Shown: positions 18,054 to 27,475 of the stretch, piece by piece
Layout: the number at the start of each line of letters is the position of its first letter
Numbering within the stretch: position 1 is the stretch's first letter
Origin: an uncultured Gammaproteobacteria bacterium
Lineage (GTDB): Bacteria; Patescibacteriota; Microgenomatia; Levybacterales; UBA12049
Reading direction: 5' to 3'
Length of the DNA: 45,319 nucleotides
Assembly: GCA_964364105.1 (NCBI GenBank)
Contig: CAYILI010000002.1
Span: forward strand, 1-45,319
Made by a program: the position numbers and the translations under genes
The notes under the pieces: generated by a model
Told to the model about the DNA's origin: nothing
The model's database searches: none
The model's input: only the letters and a program-made list of their open reading frames with translations

Positions 18054-18259
18054 TGGAATTTAGTATTTCCGGAGGATTAATTGTAGCACTCGGAGGAATG
18101 TTCCCTGCTTTGGGAATTGGTCTTATTGGAGCAAAAGCTATGGAGGCTATTGGAAGAAATCCTGAATCATCAGGAAAAATTCTTCCTGCAATGCTTTTAG
18201 GTATGGCGTTTGCTGAAGCTATCGCAATTTATTCTCTTATCTTGGCATTCACAGGATAA
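18053..18259 (+). CDS. atpE: F0 ATP synthase subunit c
   Basis: 68-aa two-helix hairpin with loop GRNPE and carboxylate motif MAFAEAIAIYSL. GTG start overlaps the atpB stop. Confidence 0.9.
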   Translation: MEFSISGGLIVALGGMFPALGIGLIGAKAMEAIGRNPESSGKILPAMLLGMAFAEAIAIYSLILAFTG

Positions 18260-18270
18260 TTTAATTAATT

Positions 18271-18774
18271 ATGGAATTTTTGAAAGATTTTGGGTTTAAT
18301 CCCGTTCTTTTAACTGCACAGATTATTAACTTTTTAATAATTTTAATTGTGCTAAAGAAATTTATGTATAAGCCTGTTCTTGACATGCTCAAGAAACGGG
18401 AAAATGAGATTAAAAAAGGCCTTAAAGAGTCAGAAGAAGCGCAGGAGAGATTAATTAAGGCAGAGGATAAAGAAAAACAAATCCTTCAAAAGGCAAGAAG
18501 TGAAGCAGATAAAATGCTTCTTGAAGCGAAAAATGAAGCTGACGGACTCAAAACAGAAAAGATGACACAAACAAGAGCAGAAGTAGAAAAAATGCTAGAC
18601 CAAGCTAGGCTCACAATTGCCCAAGAAACGAAAGAGGCTGAAGAAAGATTAACGAAAAAAGTCGGAGGAATCGCAATCGCACTTTTAGAAAAGTCACTTG
18701 TAGGAATTTTCGGAGAAAAAGAACAAAAAATAATTCTTAAAAAGGCTACCGACCAATTACAGAAAAATAATTAA
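18271..18774 (+). CDS. atpF: F0 ATP synthase subunit b
   Basis: N-terminal TM helix followed by a long charged coiled-coil. Operon position supports the call. Confidence 0.8.
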   Translation: MEFLKDFGFNPVLLTAQIINFLIILIVLKKFMYKPVLDMLKKRENEIKKGLKESEEAQERLIKAEDKEKQILQKARSEADKMLLEAKNEADGLKTEKMTQTRAEVEKMLDQARLTIAQETKEAEERLTKKVGGIAIALLEKSLVGIFGEKEQKIILKKATDQLQKNN

Positions 18775-19127
18775 TGAAGAAAAATATAATTAAAAAAATA
18801 GCAAAAGAAAGCTTTAATAAAAATGAGCTGGATGAAAAAACTGTTATGAAAGTCGCAAAAGTATTGAAAAGAGAAGATCTAAAGGTGTATATTAAGGACT
18901 TAAAAAATATGGACGCTAAAAAAACAGTTACAGTTACTATCCCCACATCACGTGGAGTAGGTGACATGAAGAAATATTTTGATAGAATATATCCAGGAAA
19001 AAGAATTGTTTTTAAGGTTGACGAATCACTTCTGACAGGAATTAAGGTAGTAGATTACGATAATGTCTATGAGCTTTCTTTAAAAGGCCTACTTGAACAT
19101 TCATTAAGAGGAGCAACAAATGATTGA
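18774..19127 (+). CDS. atpH: F1 ATP synthase subunit delta (OSCP), unusually short
   Basis: Sits between atpF and atpA. C-terminal VDESLLTGIKVVDYDNVYELSLKGLL resembles the OSCP C-terminal domain. Only 117 aa. Confidence 0.65.
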   Translation: MKKNIIKKIAKESFNKNELDEKTVMKVAKVLKREDLKVYIKDLKNMDAKKTVTVTIPTSRGVGDMKKYFDRIYPGKRIVFKVDESLLTGIKVVDYDNVYELSLKGLLEHSLRGATND

Positions 19128-20646
19128 CGAAAACAGCATAATCAACGAATTAGAAAAAAATCTAATGAGCTGGGGCAAAGATCCTAAGACTCAAAACGTG
19201 GGCACTGTAGAAAAGAATACAGACGGAGTTATCATGGCTTCTGGCCTTTCTAAAGCGACCATGGGAGAAAGAGTAGTATTTGATAACGGAATTTCAGGAG
19301 TAGTTCTTAATTTGGATGAAGATTACGTTTCAATAATTCTCCTAGGGGAAGGCTCGGGAATTAAAGAAGGAGACACTGTAAAAACAACAGGAGAAATGCT
19401 CTCAATTAATGCTTCTGATGATCTTTTAGGTAGAGTCGTAGACCCGATCGGAAACCCTCTCGACGGAAAAGCAAACATTAAAAAGGGTAAATTAATGCCT
19501 TTAGAACATATCGCTCCAGGAGTAGTAGAGAGAGAAAAAGTTAATACTCCGCTCAAGACTGGTATAAAAGCAATTGACGCTATGTTCCCTATTGGACGCG
19601 GACAAAGACAATTAATTATTGGTGATCGCGGACTTGGTAAAACTGCAATCGCAATTGACACAATCATAAATCAGAAAGAATTCAGAAAAAAAGGCTCTAA
19701 ACTTAGACCGGTAGTTTGTATTTATGTAGCAATCGGACAAAAAAGATCGACTATTGCTCAGATCATGGGAAGACTTCAGGAGTCTGAAGCAATGGAGTAT
19801 TCAATAATTGTTTCTGCTTCCTCATCAGATCCAGCAGCTCAACAATACCTAGCTCCATATGCAGGTGCAGCAATTTCTGAATATTTCTTAGAAAAAGGAC
19901 AAGATGTTTTAATTGTTTATGATGATTTAACAAAACATGCCTGGGCATATAGACAGATTTCTTTGGTTTTAAAGCGCCCAGCGGGTCGCGAAGCTTATCC
20001 TGGAGACGTTTTCTATCTTCACTCGCGCTTACTAGAGCGCGCTGTAAGACTAAATGAAAAAAATGGCGGAGGTTCAGTTACTGCGCTTCCAATTATTGAA
20101 ACTCAGGCAAATGACATCTCAGCCTACATTCCTACAAATGTTATTTCCATAACAGACGGACAGATTTTCTTACAGTCCGATTTGTTCAACTCAGGATTTA
20201 GACCTGCTATTAACACAGGAACTTCAGTATCCCGCGTAGGAGGAGATGCTCAGACAGGAACACTTAAGTCAGTTGCAGGAAAAATGAAGCTGGAACTCGC
20301 ACAATTCGCAGAATTAGCAGCATTTTCTCAATTCGGATCAGAATTAGACGCAGCTACAGCAAAATCCCTTGAACGCGGAAAAAGAACTCAAGAAATACTA
20401 AAACAAGGTCAATACCAACCTCTTTCTGAGGTTCTAGAAGTTGTAAGTATTTGGGCAGTAACTAATGGATATCTTGACGATGTTGCAATCGATCAGGTTG
20501 GAAGATTTGAAAAAGAATTACACGCATACGTCAAAAGATCTCAGGCTAAGCTTTTGACTACTCTAGAATCCGGAGCAAAAGTAAATGAAGATGTAGCTAA
20601 AGAATTAGAAAAAGCAGTAAAAGACTTTAAAAAAAGTTTTAAATAA
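19120..20646 (+). CDS. atpA: F1 ATP synthase subunit alpha
   Basis: Walker A GDRGLGKTAIA, plus PAGREAYPGDVFYLHSRLLERA. Confidence 0.95.
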   Translation: MIDENSIINELEKNLMSWGKDPKTQNVGTVEKNTDGVIMASGLSKATMGERVVFDNGISGVVLNLDEDYVSIILLGEGSGIKEGDTVKTTGEMLSINASDDLLGRVVDPIGNPLDGKANIKKGKLMPLEHIAPGVVEREKVNTPLKTGIKAIDAMFPIGRGQRQLIIGDRGLGKTAIAIDTIINQKEFRKKGSKLRPVVCIYVAIGQKRSTIAQIMGRLQESEAMEYSIIVSASSSDPAAQQYLAPYAGAAISEYFLEKGQDVLIVYDDLTKHAWAYRQISLVLKRPAGREAYPGDVFYLHSRLLERAVRLNEKNGGGSVTALPIIETQANDISAYIPTNVISITDGQIFLQSDLFNSGFRPAINTGTSVSRVGGDAQTGTLKSVAGKMKLELAQFAELAAFSQFGSELDAATAKSLERGKRTQEILKQGQYQPLSEVLEVVSIWAVTNGYLDDVAIDQVGRFEKELHAYVKRSQAKLLTTLESGAKVNEDVAKELEKAVKDFKKSFK

Positions 20647-20699
20647 TTAAATTAGAGCCTACGGCCAAAAGCTGTAAGCTAATAGCAGAAAGCAAAATT

Positions 20700-22956
<2,257 letters not shown>

Positions 22957-22958
22957 AA

Positions 22959-23007
22959 TGTCATCCTAAACCTTTCGTTGTCATCCTGAACTTGTTTCAG
23001 GATCTCG
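22959..23007. repeat. Third locus of the GTCATCCTGA-type repeat (two tandem half units plus a hairpin)
   Basis: TGTCATCCTAAACC.. then TGTCATCCTGAACTTGTTTCAGGATCTCG. ATCCTGAA/TTCAGGAT form an 8-bp stem. Lies in the atpD-atpC spacer with no T-tract. Confidence 0.6.
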
Positions 23008-23032
23008 AAATAAATTCTGGGTAAAGAAACTT

Positions 23033-23446
23033 ATGAAATTAAGCGTAGACGTATTAACTCCCCAATCAAAAATTTTTTCTGGCGAAGCAGATGAAGTTTT
23101 AGTTCCAACTGTAAATGGTCAACTTGGCATTCTCCCAAACCACGTAGCACTTCTTACTCAAATTCTTCCAGGAGAATTAGAGATAAAAACTGGCGGTAAG
23201 TCCCAATTCGTCGCTATCATGGGCGGATATTTAGAAGTAGGAAATAATAAAGTAAATATTTTAGGAGATTATGCAGTTAGAGCTGAGGACATAGAAATCG
23301 CTAAAGTTGAACAAGCTAAAGTAAAGGCTGAAAAGATGAAACAAGAAAAAGTAAGTATAGAAGATATTGCTGGGATTGAAGCTGATCTTAGAAGATCAAT
23401 ACTTGAACTCAAAGTCGCCCAACGCCGCAAATCCCCCAGAAGTTAA
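23033..23446 (+). CDS. atpC: F1 ATP synthase subunit epsilon
   Basis: 137 aa with an N-terminal beta-sandwich (VLVPTVNGQLGILPNHVALLTQL-like) and a helical C terminus ending ..IEADLRRSILELKVAQRRKSPRS. Confidence 0.9.
   Translation: MKLSVDVLTPQSKIFSGEADEVLVPTVNGQLGILPNHVALLTQILPGELEIKTGGKSQFVAIMGGYLEVGNNKVNILGDYAVRAEDIEIAKVEQAKVKAEKMKQEKVSIEDIAGIEADLRRSILELKVAQRRKSPRS
23408..23427 (+). repeat. atpC-tail core repeat R1 (inside atpC itself)
   Basis: CTCAAAGTCGCCCAACGCCG, followed by CAAATCCCCCAGAAGTTAA (tail KSPRS, then stop). Confidence 0.85.
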
Positions 23447-23850
23447 TCCGAATCTCTTGTACCCTCTAGATAATCTAAATTTGTGTATGTTACTTCTAAT
23501 GTAGAGGTCCGTTTGTATAATTGTTCTTGCATTCGTCTAAGTTCGCCAATTCTATCATCCCCTATATCAAGCCCTTCTGCAGAGCCTAGGGTAAACTCCC
23601 ACGCCAGACTTGTTTGAATATGTGCCCGCTCTCTTTCACCAGTTACTAAATCTTCAACTGCTTTTCTTTGCGCTGGACTTAACAATGCTCCTTCCAAAAC
23701 TGACCTAGCTCTATCTATTCTAAGCTGGGTAAAGTCCACTTCATTCCCAGGCTGAAGAGCCTCCTCGCTAATTTCTGGCAAGACCTTCATCCCAGAACCT
23801 TGCGGTCTTCGAAACCTTTCAGTGATTTTTCTTCTTAAATCAATCTCCAC
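23443..23850 (-). CDS. Hypothetical protein (segment 1 cargo), no family recognised
   Basis: 135-aa ORF filling segment 1. Its stop (23443..23445) interlocks with the atpC stop TAA (23444..23446). Confidence 0.5.
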   Translation of the reverse strand: MEIDLRRKITERFRRPQGSGMKVLPEISEEALQPGNEVDFTQLRIDRARSVLEGALLSPAQRKAVEDLVTGERERAHIQTSLAWEFTLGSAEGLDIGDDRIGELRRMQEQLYKRTSTLEVTYTNLDYLEGTRDSD

Positions 23851-23923
23851 CCGGCAATTCTACAATTAAACGAAGACCTTTGCAATTAAAAATTACCATC
23901 AAGGAGATGGATATAAACTCAAA

Positions 23924-23943
23924 ATCAAACTCGCCCAACGCCG
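23924..23943 (+). repeat. atpC-tail core repeat R2
   Basis: ATCAAACTCGCCCAACGCCG, followed by AAGATCCCCGAGGAATTAG. In frame this reads LKIKLAQRR-RSPRN-stop. Confidence 0.8.
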
Positions 23944-23962
23944 AAGATCCCCGAGGAATTAG

Positions 23963-24385
23963 CTATTCACTGCTTGGAGGATTTGGAAGCTCAACGCCAC
24001 GCCCAGCATCATGATCTTCCCATGCCTGACCTAAACTATCTTCCAAATCAGGAACCACGCCAGAGTATCTTTCCCATGTTGGAGATGCAGCACTTCCAGC
24101 TCCAACTGGAGACATAATTTCGCCTTGAGGAGTTAATTCAGCTCCCCCTTCTGGCCCTATCAAACGGGCTTGGGCAACTCGCTCATTATAGCCTGGCATA
24201 GCTTCAGCAGCTACCCAGACTTCTTCAGCAGCTACAGTACCTAACTTCCACCTTGGATCATCTGGAGGAGATACTGGTTTACGCTTGCCATCTAATATGG
24301 CTTGACGTCCTTCTGCTACTCTCCTCTCAACTTCTACTCTTGGAGTATCTTTTATTGTTCTTCTATTACCTGGATCACCTTCCAT
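23963..24385 (-). CDS. Hypothetical acidic Pro/Gly-rich protein (segment 2 cargo), copy 1
   Basis: 140-aa ORF, no family recognised. An ORF with identical translation occurs at 25360..25782. Confidence 0.5.
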   Translation of the reverse strand: MEGDPGNRRTIKDTPRVEVERRVAEGRQAILDGKRKPVSPPDDPRWKLGTVAAEEVWVAAEAMPGYNERVAQARLIGPEGGAELTPQGEIMSPVGAGSAASPTWERYSGVVPDLEDSLGQAWEDHDAGRGVELPNPPSSE

Positions 24386-24430
24386 AATTAACTCAAATAT
24401 AGCACTTTTAAAGATTTTGTAAATATATCA

Positions 24431-24451
24431 ATCAAAAGTCGCCAACCGCCG
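24431..24451 (+). repeat. atpC-tail core repeat R3 (variant)
   Basis: ATCAAAAGTCGCCAACCGCCG, followed by CCTCCGACCTCGATAA. In frame this reads KVANRR-LRPR-stop. Confidence 0.8.
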
Positions 24452-24623
24452 CCTCCGACCTCGATAATTTGCTCCCATAATTTACTCTTTGAGGAAAGAT
24501 TTTTCGAAAATAAGATATTTGCTCAAAGTATACTACTATGTACTAACATACTTTATAATTAAACGAGCTTTAAATCACTTTCCCACTTTCCGTGTGGGAA
24601 CTCAGATTAAAAGCAGTGATCAG

Positions 24624-24704
24624 GAGTTTGCGGAAATCGAAGCACAACTTAGAAGAAGCTTACTCGAGCTTAAAGTCGCCCAACGCCGCAAAAGATCATC
24701 TTAA
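24624..24704 (+). pseudogene. Displaced atpC 3'-end remnant (last ~26 codons)
   Basis: EFAEIEAQLRRSLLELKVAQRRKRSS versus the atpC end DIAGIEADLRRSILELKVAQRRKSPRS. DNA similarity extends about 60 nt upstream of the core. The rest of track ORF 24489..24704 has no atpC similarity. Confidence 0.7.
24669..24688 (+). repeat. atpC-tail core repeat R4
   Basis: CTTAAAGTCGCCCAACGCCG, followed by CAAAAGATCATCTTAA (tail KRSS, then stop). Confidence 0.85.
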
Positions 24705-24761
24705 ATATTATTTCAAACCTATAGTTTGACATTAAGGCTAATTCTGATATAATCCGTCCCT

Positions 24762-25310
24762 ATGTCATACCACGAAGGAAGAATTTTTATTCAGGACCCT
24801 AGGACTAACATCGATCCCTATAGAAGATTTACGAGTCCCGGACATCTTGGCGAGGAATTCAATGTCAGATCAGACTCCGAACAAGATAATATTTTTACCA
24901 AGCTCGTAGATAGTGGAACAATTGGTCCGGAAAAGTACCCAAGAGCGCTTGATTTGTACGCAGGCGACGGTTCATGGGCTAGAAGATTCGTAGAACATGG
25001 CTGGGATCCTCAAAACGTAACCTGTATTGATAGAGACAGAACAGAAACACCATTAGTACCAGAGGCTAGATGGATTTATATGGATTTATTTTACCTTGCA
25101 GAATTTTTGAGAGAACATTATAGATTACCTGCCGGCGCTGAAGCACTTAGACACAGATGGGACTTGGTAGCAAGCTCCTACGGAGCAATTGTTGCAAAAG
25201 ATCCTCGAGCTGATCAACTTCTCTTGGCTCAGTTTTTTGTACGAAAAAAGGGTGCTATGATTGTTGAGCGAGATTTCAGTGTTAAAAAAGATGGCCGCCT
25301 ACCTAGGTAA
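24762..25310 (+). CDS. Methyltransferase-like protein (segment 4 cargo), divergent
   Basis: 182 aa. ALDLYAGDGSWARRFVEHGW..VTCIDRD resembles SAM-binding motif I of RsmD/amino-MTases (LDLFAGSG). IYMDLFY sits where motif IV DPPY/F would be. Confidence 0.45.
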   Translation: MSYHEGRIFIQDPRTNIDPYRRFTSPGHLGEEFNVRSDSEQDNIFTKLVDSGTIGPEKYPRALDLYAGDGSWARRFVEHGWDPQNVTCIDRDRTETPLVPEARWIYMDLFYLAEFLREHYRLPAGAEALRHRWDLVASSYGAIVAKDPRADQLLLAQFFVRKKGAMIVERDFSVKKDGRLPR

Positions 25311-25320
25311 GACAATCGAG

Positions 25321-25340
25321 CTCAAAGTCACCCAACGCCG
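25321..25340 (+). repeat. atpC-tail core repeat R5
   Basis: CTCAAAGTCACCCAACGCCG, followed by AAGATCCCCGAGGAATTAG. The downstream sequence is the same as after R2. Confidence 0.85.
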
Positions 25341-25359
25341 AAGATCCCCGAGGAATTAG

Positions 25360-25782
25360 CTATTCACTGCTTGGAGGATTTGGAAGCTCAACGCCACGCC
25401 CAGCATCATGATCTTCCCATGCCTGACCTAAACTATCTTCCAAATCAGGAACCACGCCAGAGTATCTTTCCCATGTTGGAGATGCAGCACTTCCAGCTCC
25501 AACTGGAGACATAATTTCGCCTTGAGGAGTTAATTCAGCTCCCCCTTCTGGCCCTATCAAACGGGCTTGGGCAACTCGCTCATTATAGCCTGGCATAGCT
25601 TCAGCAGCTACCCAGACTTCTTCAGCAGCTACAGTACCTAACTTCCACCTTGGATCATCTGGAGGAGATACTGGTTTACGCTTGCCATCTAATATGGCTT
25701 GACGTCCTTCTGCTACTCTCCTCTCAACTTCTACTCTTGGAGTATCTTTTATTGTTCTTCTATTACCTGGATCACCTTCCAT
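25360..25782 (-). CDS. Hypothetical acidic Pro/Gly-rich protein, copy 2 (translation identical to 23963..24385)
   Basis: Lies within the 518-bp duplicate 25331..25848, offset 1397 bp from 23934..24451. Confidence 0.5.
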   Translation of the reverse strand: MEGDPGNRRTIKDTPRVEVERRVAEGRQAILDGKRKPVSPPDDPRWKLGTVAAEEVWVAAEAMPGYNERVAQARLIGPEGGAELTPQGEIMSPVGAGSAASPTWERYSGVVPDLEDSLGQAWEDHDAGRGVELPNPPSSE

Positions 25783-25827
25783 AATTAACTCAAATATAGC
25801 ACTTTTAAAGATTTTGTAAATATATCA

Positions 25828-25848
25828 ATCAAAAGTCGCCAACCGCCG
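25828..25848 (+). repeat. atpC-tail core repeat R6 (variant, same as R3)
   Basis: ATCAAAAGTCGCCAACCGCCG, followed by AAGACACAGAAATTAA (tail RHRN, then stop). Confidence 0.8.
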
Positions 25849-25870
25849 AAGACACAGAAATTAATTAAAG

Positions 25871-27403
25871 TTATTTTATAATTATCCTAAATTTTGCAGA
25901 GCTATTATCATGACTTATTTGCTTGAAAACGTACTTCCCTAAAGAAAAAGTATCTCCATCTCCAAAAACAGGACCATTATCAAATGCTTCAAGCAAATAC
26001 GTGGGGCTACCTACTGCATTATTCCAAGAATGTATCATTGCCCCAGATCCAAGTCTATACGGACTGTTTTCATCATAACCTGATTTATCTCCTCGATATT
26101 CTATGTAAAAACTAGGATAATTTGGTATGTTAAACCTAATCAATCTAGGATTTATATCCCCTTCAAGTTTGTTAATCGTAAAAGTTCCACCCTCGGTTGT
26201 TGTAGTTATTGCTGATTTGGGCAAAATACCCAATTGCTTTAAATGTGGCCCATTCATTTCAGAAAGATTTATGCCCATAGCATCTGCCTTGTCGCCATAT
26301 TCGATAGCTTTGCCTGTACATGAAACAGGTGAAAGACAATCATTTTCTAATAATTTTGCATGATTTAATTTCAGATTATGTCCGATTTCGTGTGCCATAA
26401 CCCGCAGACTAAACTCTCCTATTCCTGTAACTGAAGGATTTCCCCCAAGTGTTCCTATTCCTCCATAATTACAACTGTTTTTAGAATATACAAAAATTAC
26501 TCCGTAAAATGATGTTGAAAAAGGGATGGGATCATAGTTACGCGCCCAAGAAATTAATTTATCGAAACCTTGGTCGCTGCAAATCTCACTAGAGCTAAAG
26601 GGGGTCTGAATCCAAGCATTAGCAACCTTTCCAGATATAGTAATTTTCCCATCTGATAAGGTTTTATAATACGTTCTTAGTGAATCACTACATGTTGGGT
26701 CACAAAAAAACTGCTTAAGCATTTGGCTTCTTGAATAAGGCGTAGTCCTATTGTCTGTAAAATTTATAGGAAGAACAGCAAATTTTTTAGTGCCCGTTGA
26801 AGCTGCAGTCTCCGTAACAGACAAAACAGATTTTATATCAGTGCTCTTAGCAACTAAATGATTTCCGATTTTGTATCCGGATACCGCAACTTTATCAATT
26901 GATTCCATTTTCTCCTCGTCAGGCATATTATCAAAAGAAACGCTAATTATTGAATCTGGAGTTTGAACAAAATATCCAGTTTTCTTAGTTCCGGTTTCAA
27001 AATTATCCGAATGATAAGGAACTAGGGTGCCTGTTAAATCTGCTTTTTCTTCAATTAAGAATCTCTGACTTAAAGGAAATGAGTTGCGAAGATCTGGATT
27101 CATTGCTTTACCTAGAAACTCTCGAGGATTATCATAAGCTAATTGTTCCATTAGCGTTCTCCTGTCCTCTAACACAAAACGGTTAACTCCTTGTTTATTC
27201 ATTCTATTGTTTTCAAGAACTTGAGTATTGAGAGAATCTATTGACATTTCTGCCGCCTGACTTCGTGTTTCTTGCTTTTGACTATTTGTTGACACAAAAA
27301 CGACGAGAGGAAGAAGCAAAAGGAGAATAATTGAGGAAAGAATTATTATTTTTTCTTTTGAAGAAATATCGTGGATATAGCCAGTGAATTCTTGAATACT
27401 CAC
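25871..27403 (-). CDS. Secreted or membrane-anchored zinc metalloprotease, metzincin/reprolysin-like (segment 6 cargo)
   Basis: 510 aa with an N-terminal signal anchor (IIILSSIILLLLLPLVVFV) and MAHEIGHNLKLNHA, an HExxHxxxxxH zinc motif. Confidence 0.75.
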   Translation of the reverse strand: MSIQEFTGYIHDISSKEKIIILSSIILLLLLPLVVFVSTNSQKQETRSQAAEMSIDSLNTQVLENNRMNKQGVNRFVLEDRRTLMEQLAYDNPREFLGKAMNPDLRNSFPLSQRFLIEEKADLTGTLVPYHSDNFETGTKKTGYFVQTPDSIISVSFDNMPDEEKMESIDKVAVSGYKIGNHLVAKSTDIKSVLSVTETAASTGTKKFAVLPINFTDNRTTPYSRSQMLKQFFCDPTCSDSLRTYYKTLSDGKITISGKVANAWIQTPFSSSEICSDQGFDKLISWARNYDPIPFSTSFYGVIFVYSKNSCNYGGIGTLGGNPSVTGIGEFSLRVMAHEIGHNLKLNHAKLLENDCLSPVSCTGKAIEYGDKADAMGINLSEMNGPHLKQLGILPKSAITTTTEGGTFTINKLEGDINPRLIRFNIPNYPSFYIEYRGDKSGYDENSPYRLGSGAMIHSWNNAVGSPTYLLEAFDNGPVFGDGDTFSLGKYVFKQISHDNSSAKFRIIIK

Positions 27404-27452
27404 TAACTAAATAATATGAAGTTTTAATCCTTATTGCAAGTTTCTCCTCGAA

Positions 27453-27475
27453 CTCAAAGTCACCCAACGCCGCCG
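27453..27475 (+). repeat. atpC-tail core repeat R7 (distal end of the array)
   Basis: CTCAAAGTCACCCAACGCCGCCG, followed by AAGACCTCAATAA. In frame this reads LLELKVTQRR-RRPQ-stop. Confidence 0.85.

Larger units (their letters stand above)
23428..27475 (+). mobile_element. Putative array of six cassette-like segments inserted at the atpC 3' end, delimited by repeats R1-R7
   Basis: Seven direct copies of the atpC-tail core. Segments are about 0.2-1.6 kb with at most one ORF each, in either orientation. One segment is present twice. No recombinase in the window. Confidence 0.5.

Noticed and set aside
23907-24008. Small ORF starting at the ATG right after AAGGAG (MDINSKSNSPNAEDPRG...).
   Set aside because: The SD-like AAGGAG abuts the ATG with no spacer. 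The ORF runs antisense through the 140-aa gene and simply reads across the core repeat.
24489-24704. The 71-aa track ORF as a genuine gene.
   Set aside because: Only its last ~26 codons resemble anything (the atpC C terminus). The N-terminal part is low-complexity and AT-rich, runs through non-coding-looking sequence, and starts at a TTG with no visible SD.
23408-27475. The seven ~20-nt direct repeats could be a CRISPR array.
   Set aside because: Spacings are 235-1624 bp and irregular. The intervening segments contain full ORFs. The repeat is part of a coding sequence (the atpC tail), and no cas genes are present.
23408-27475. Classical integron or CALIN, or a Xer/dif-module array.
   Set aside because: No intI-like gene is present. 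The repeats lack the imperfect-palindrome architecture of attC sites (R''-L''...L'-R') and the 11-6-11 dyad of dif sites. I keep the term integron-like only as an analogy.
23408-27475. Diversity-generating retroelement or shufflon acting on atpC.
   Set aside because: There is no reverse transcriptase and no template/variable repeat pair with A-specific differences. All repeats are direct rather than inverted, so inversion-based switching is not supported.
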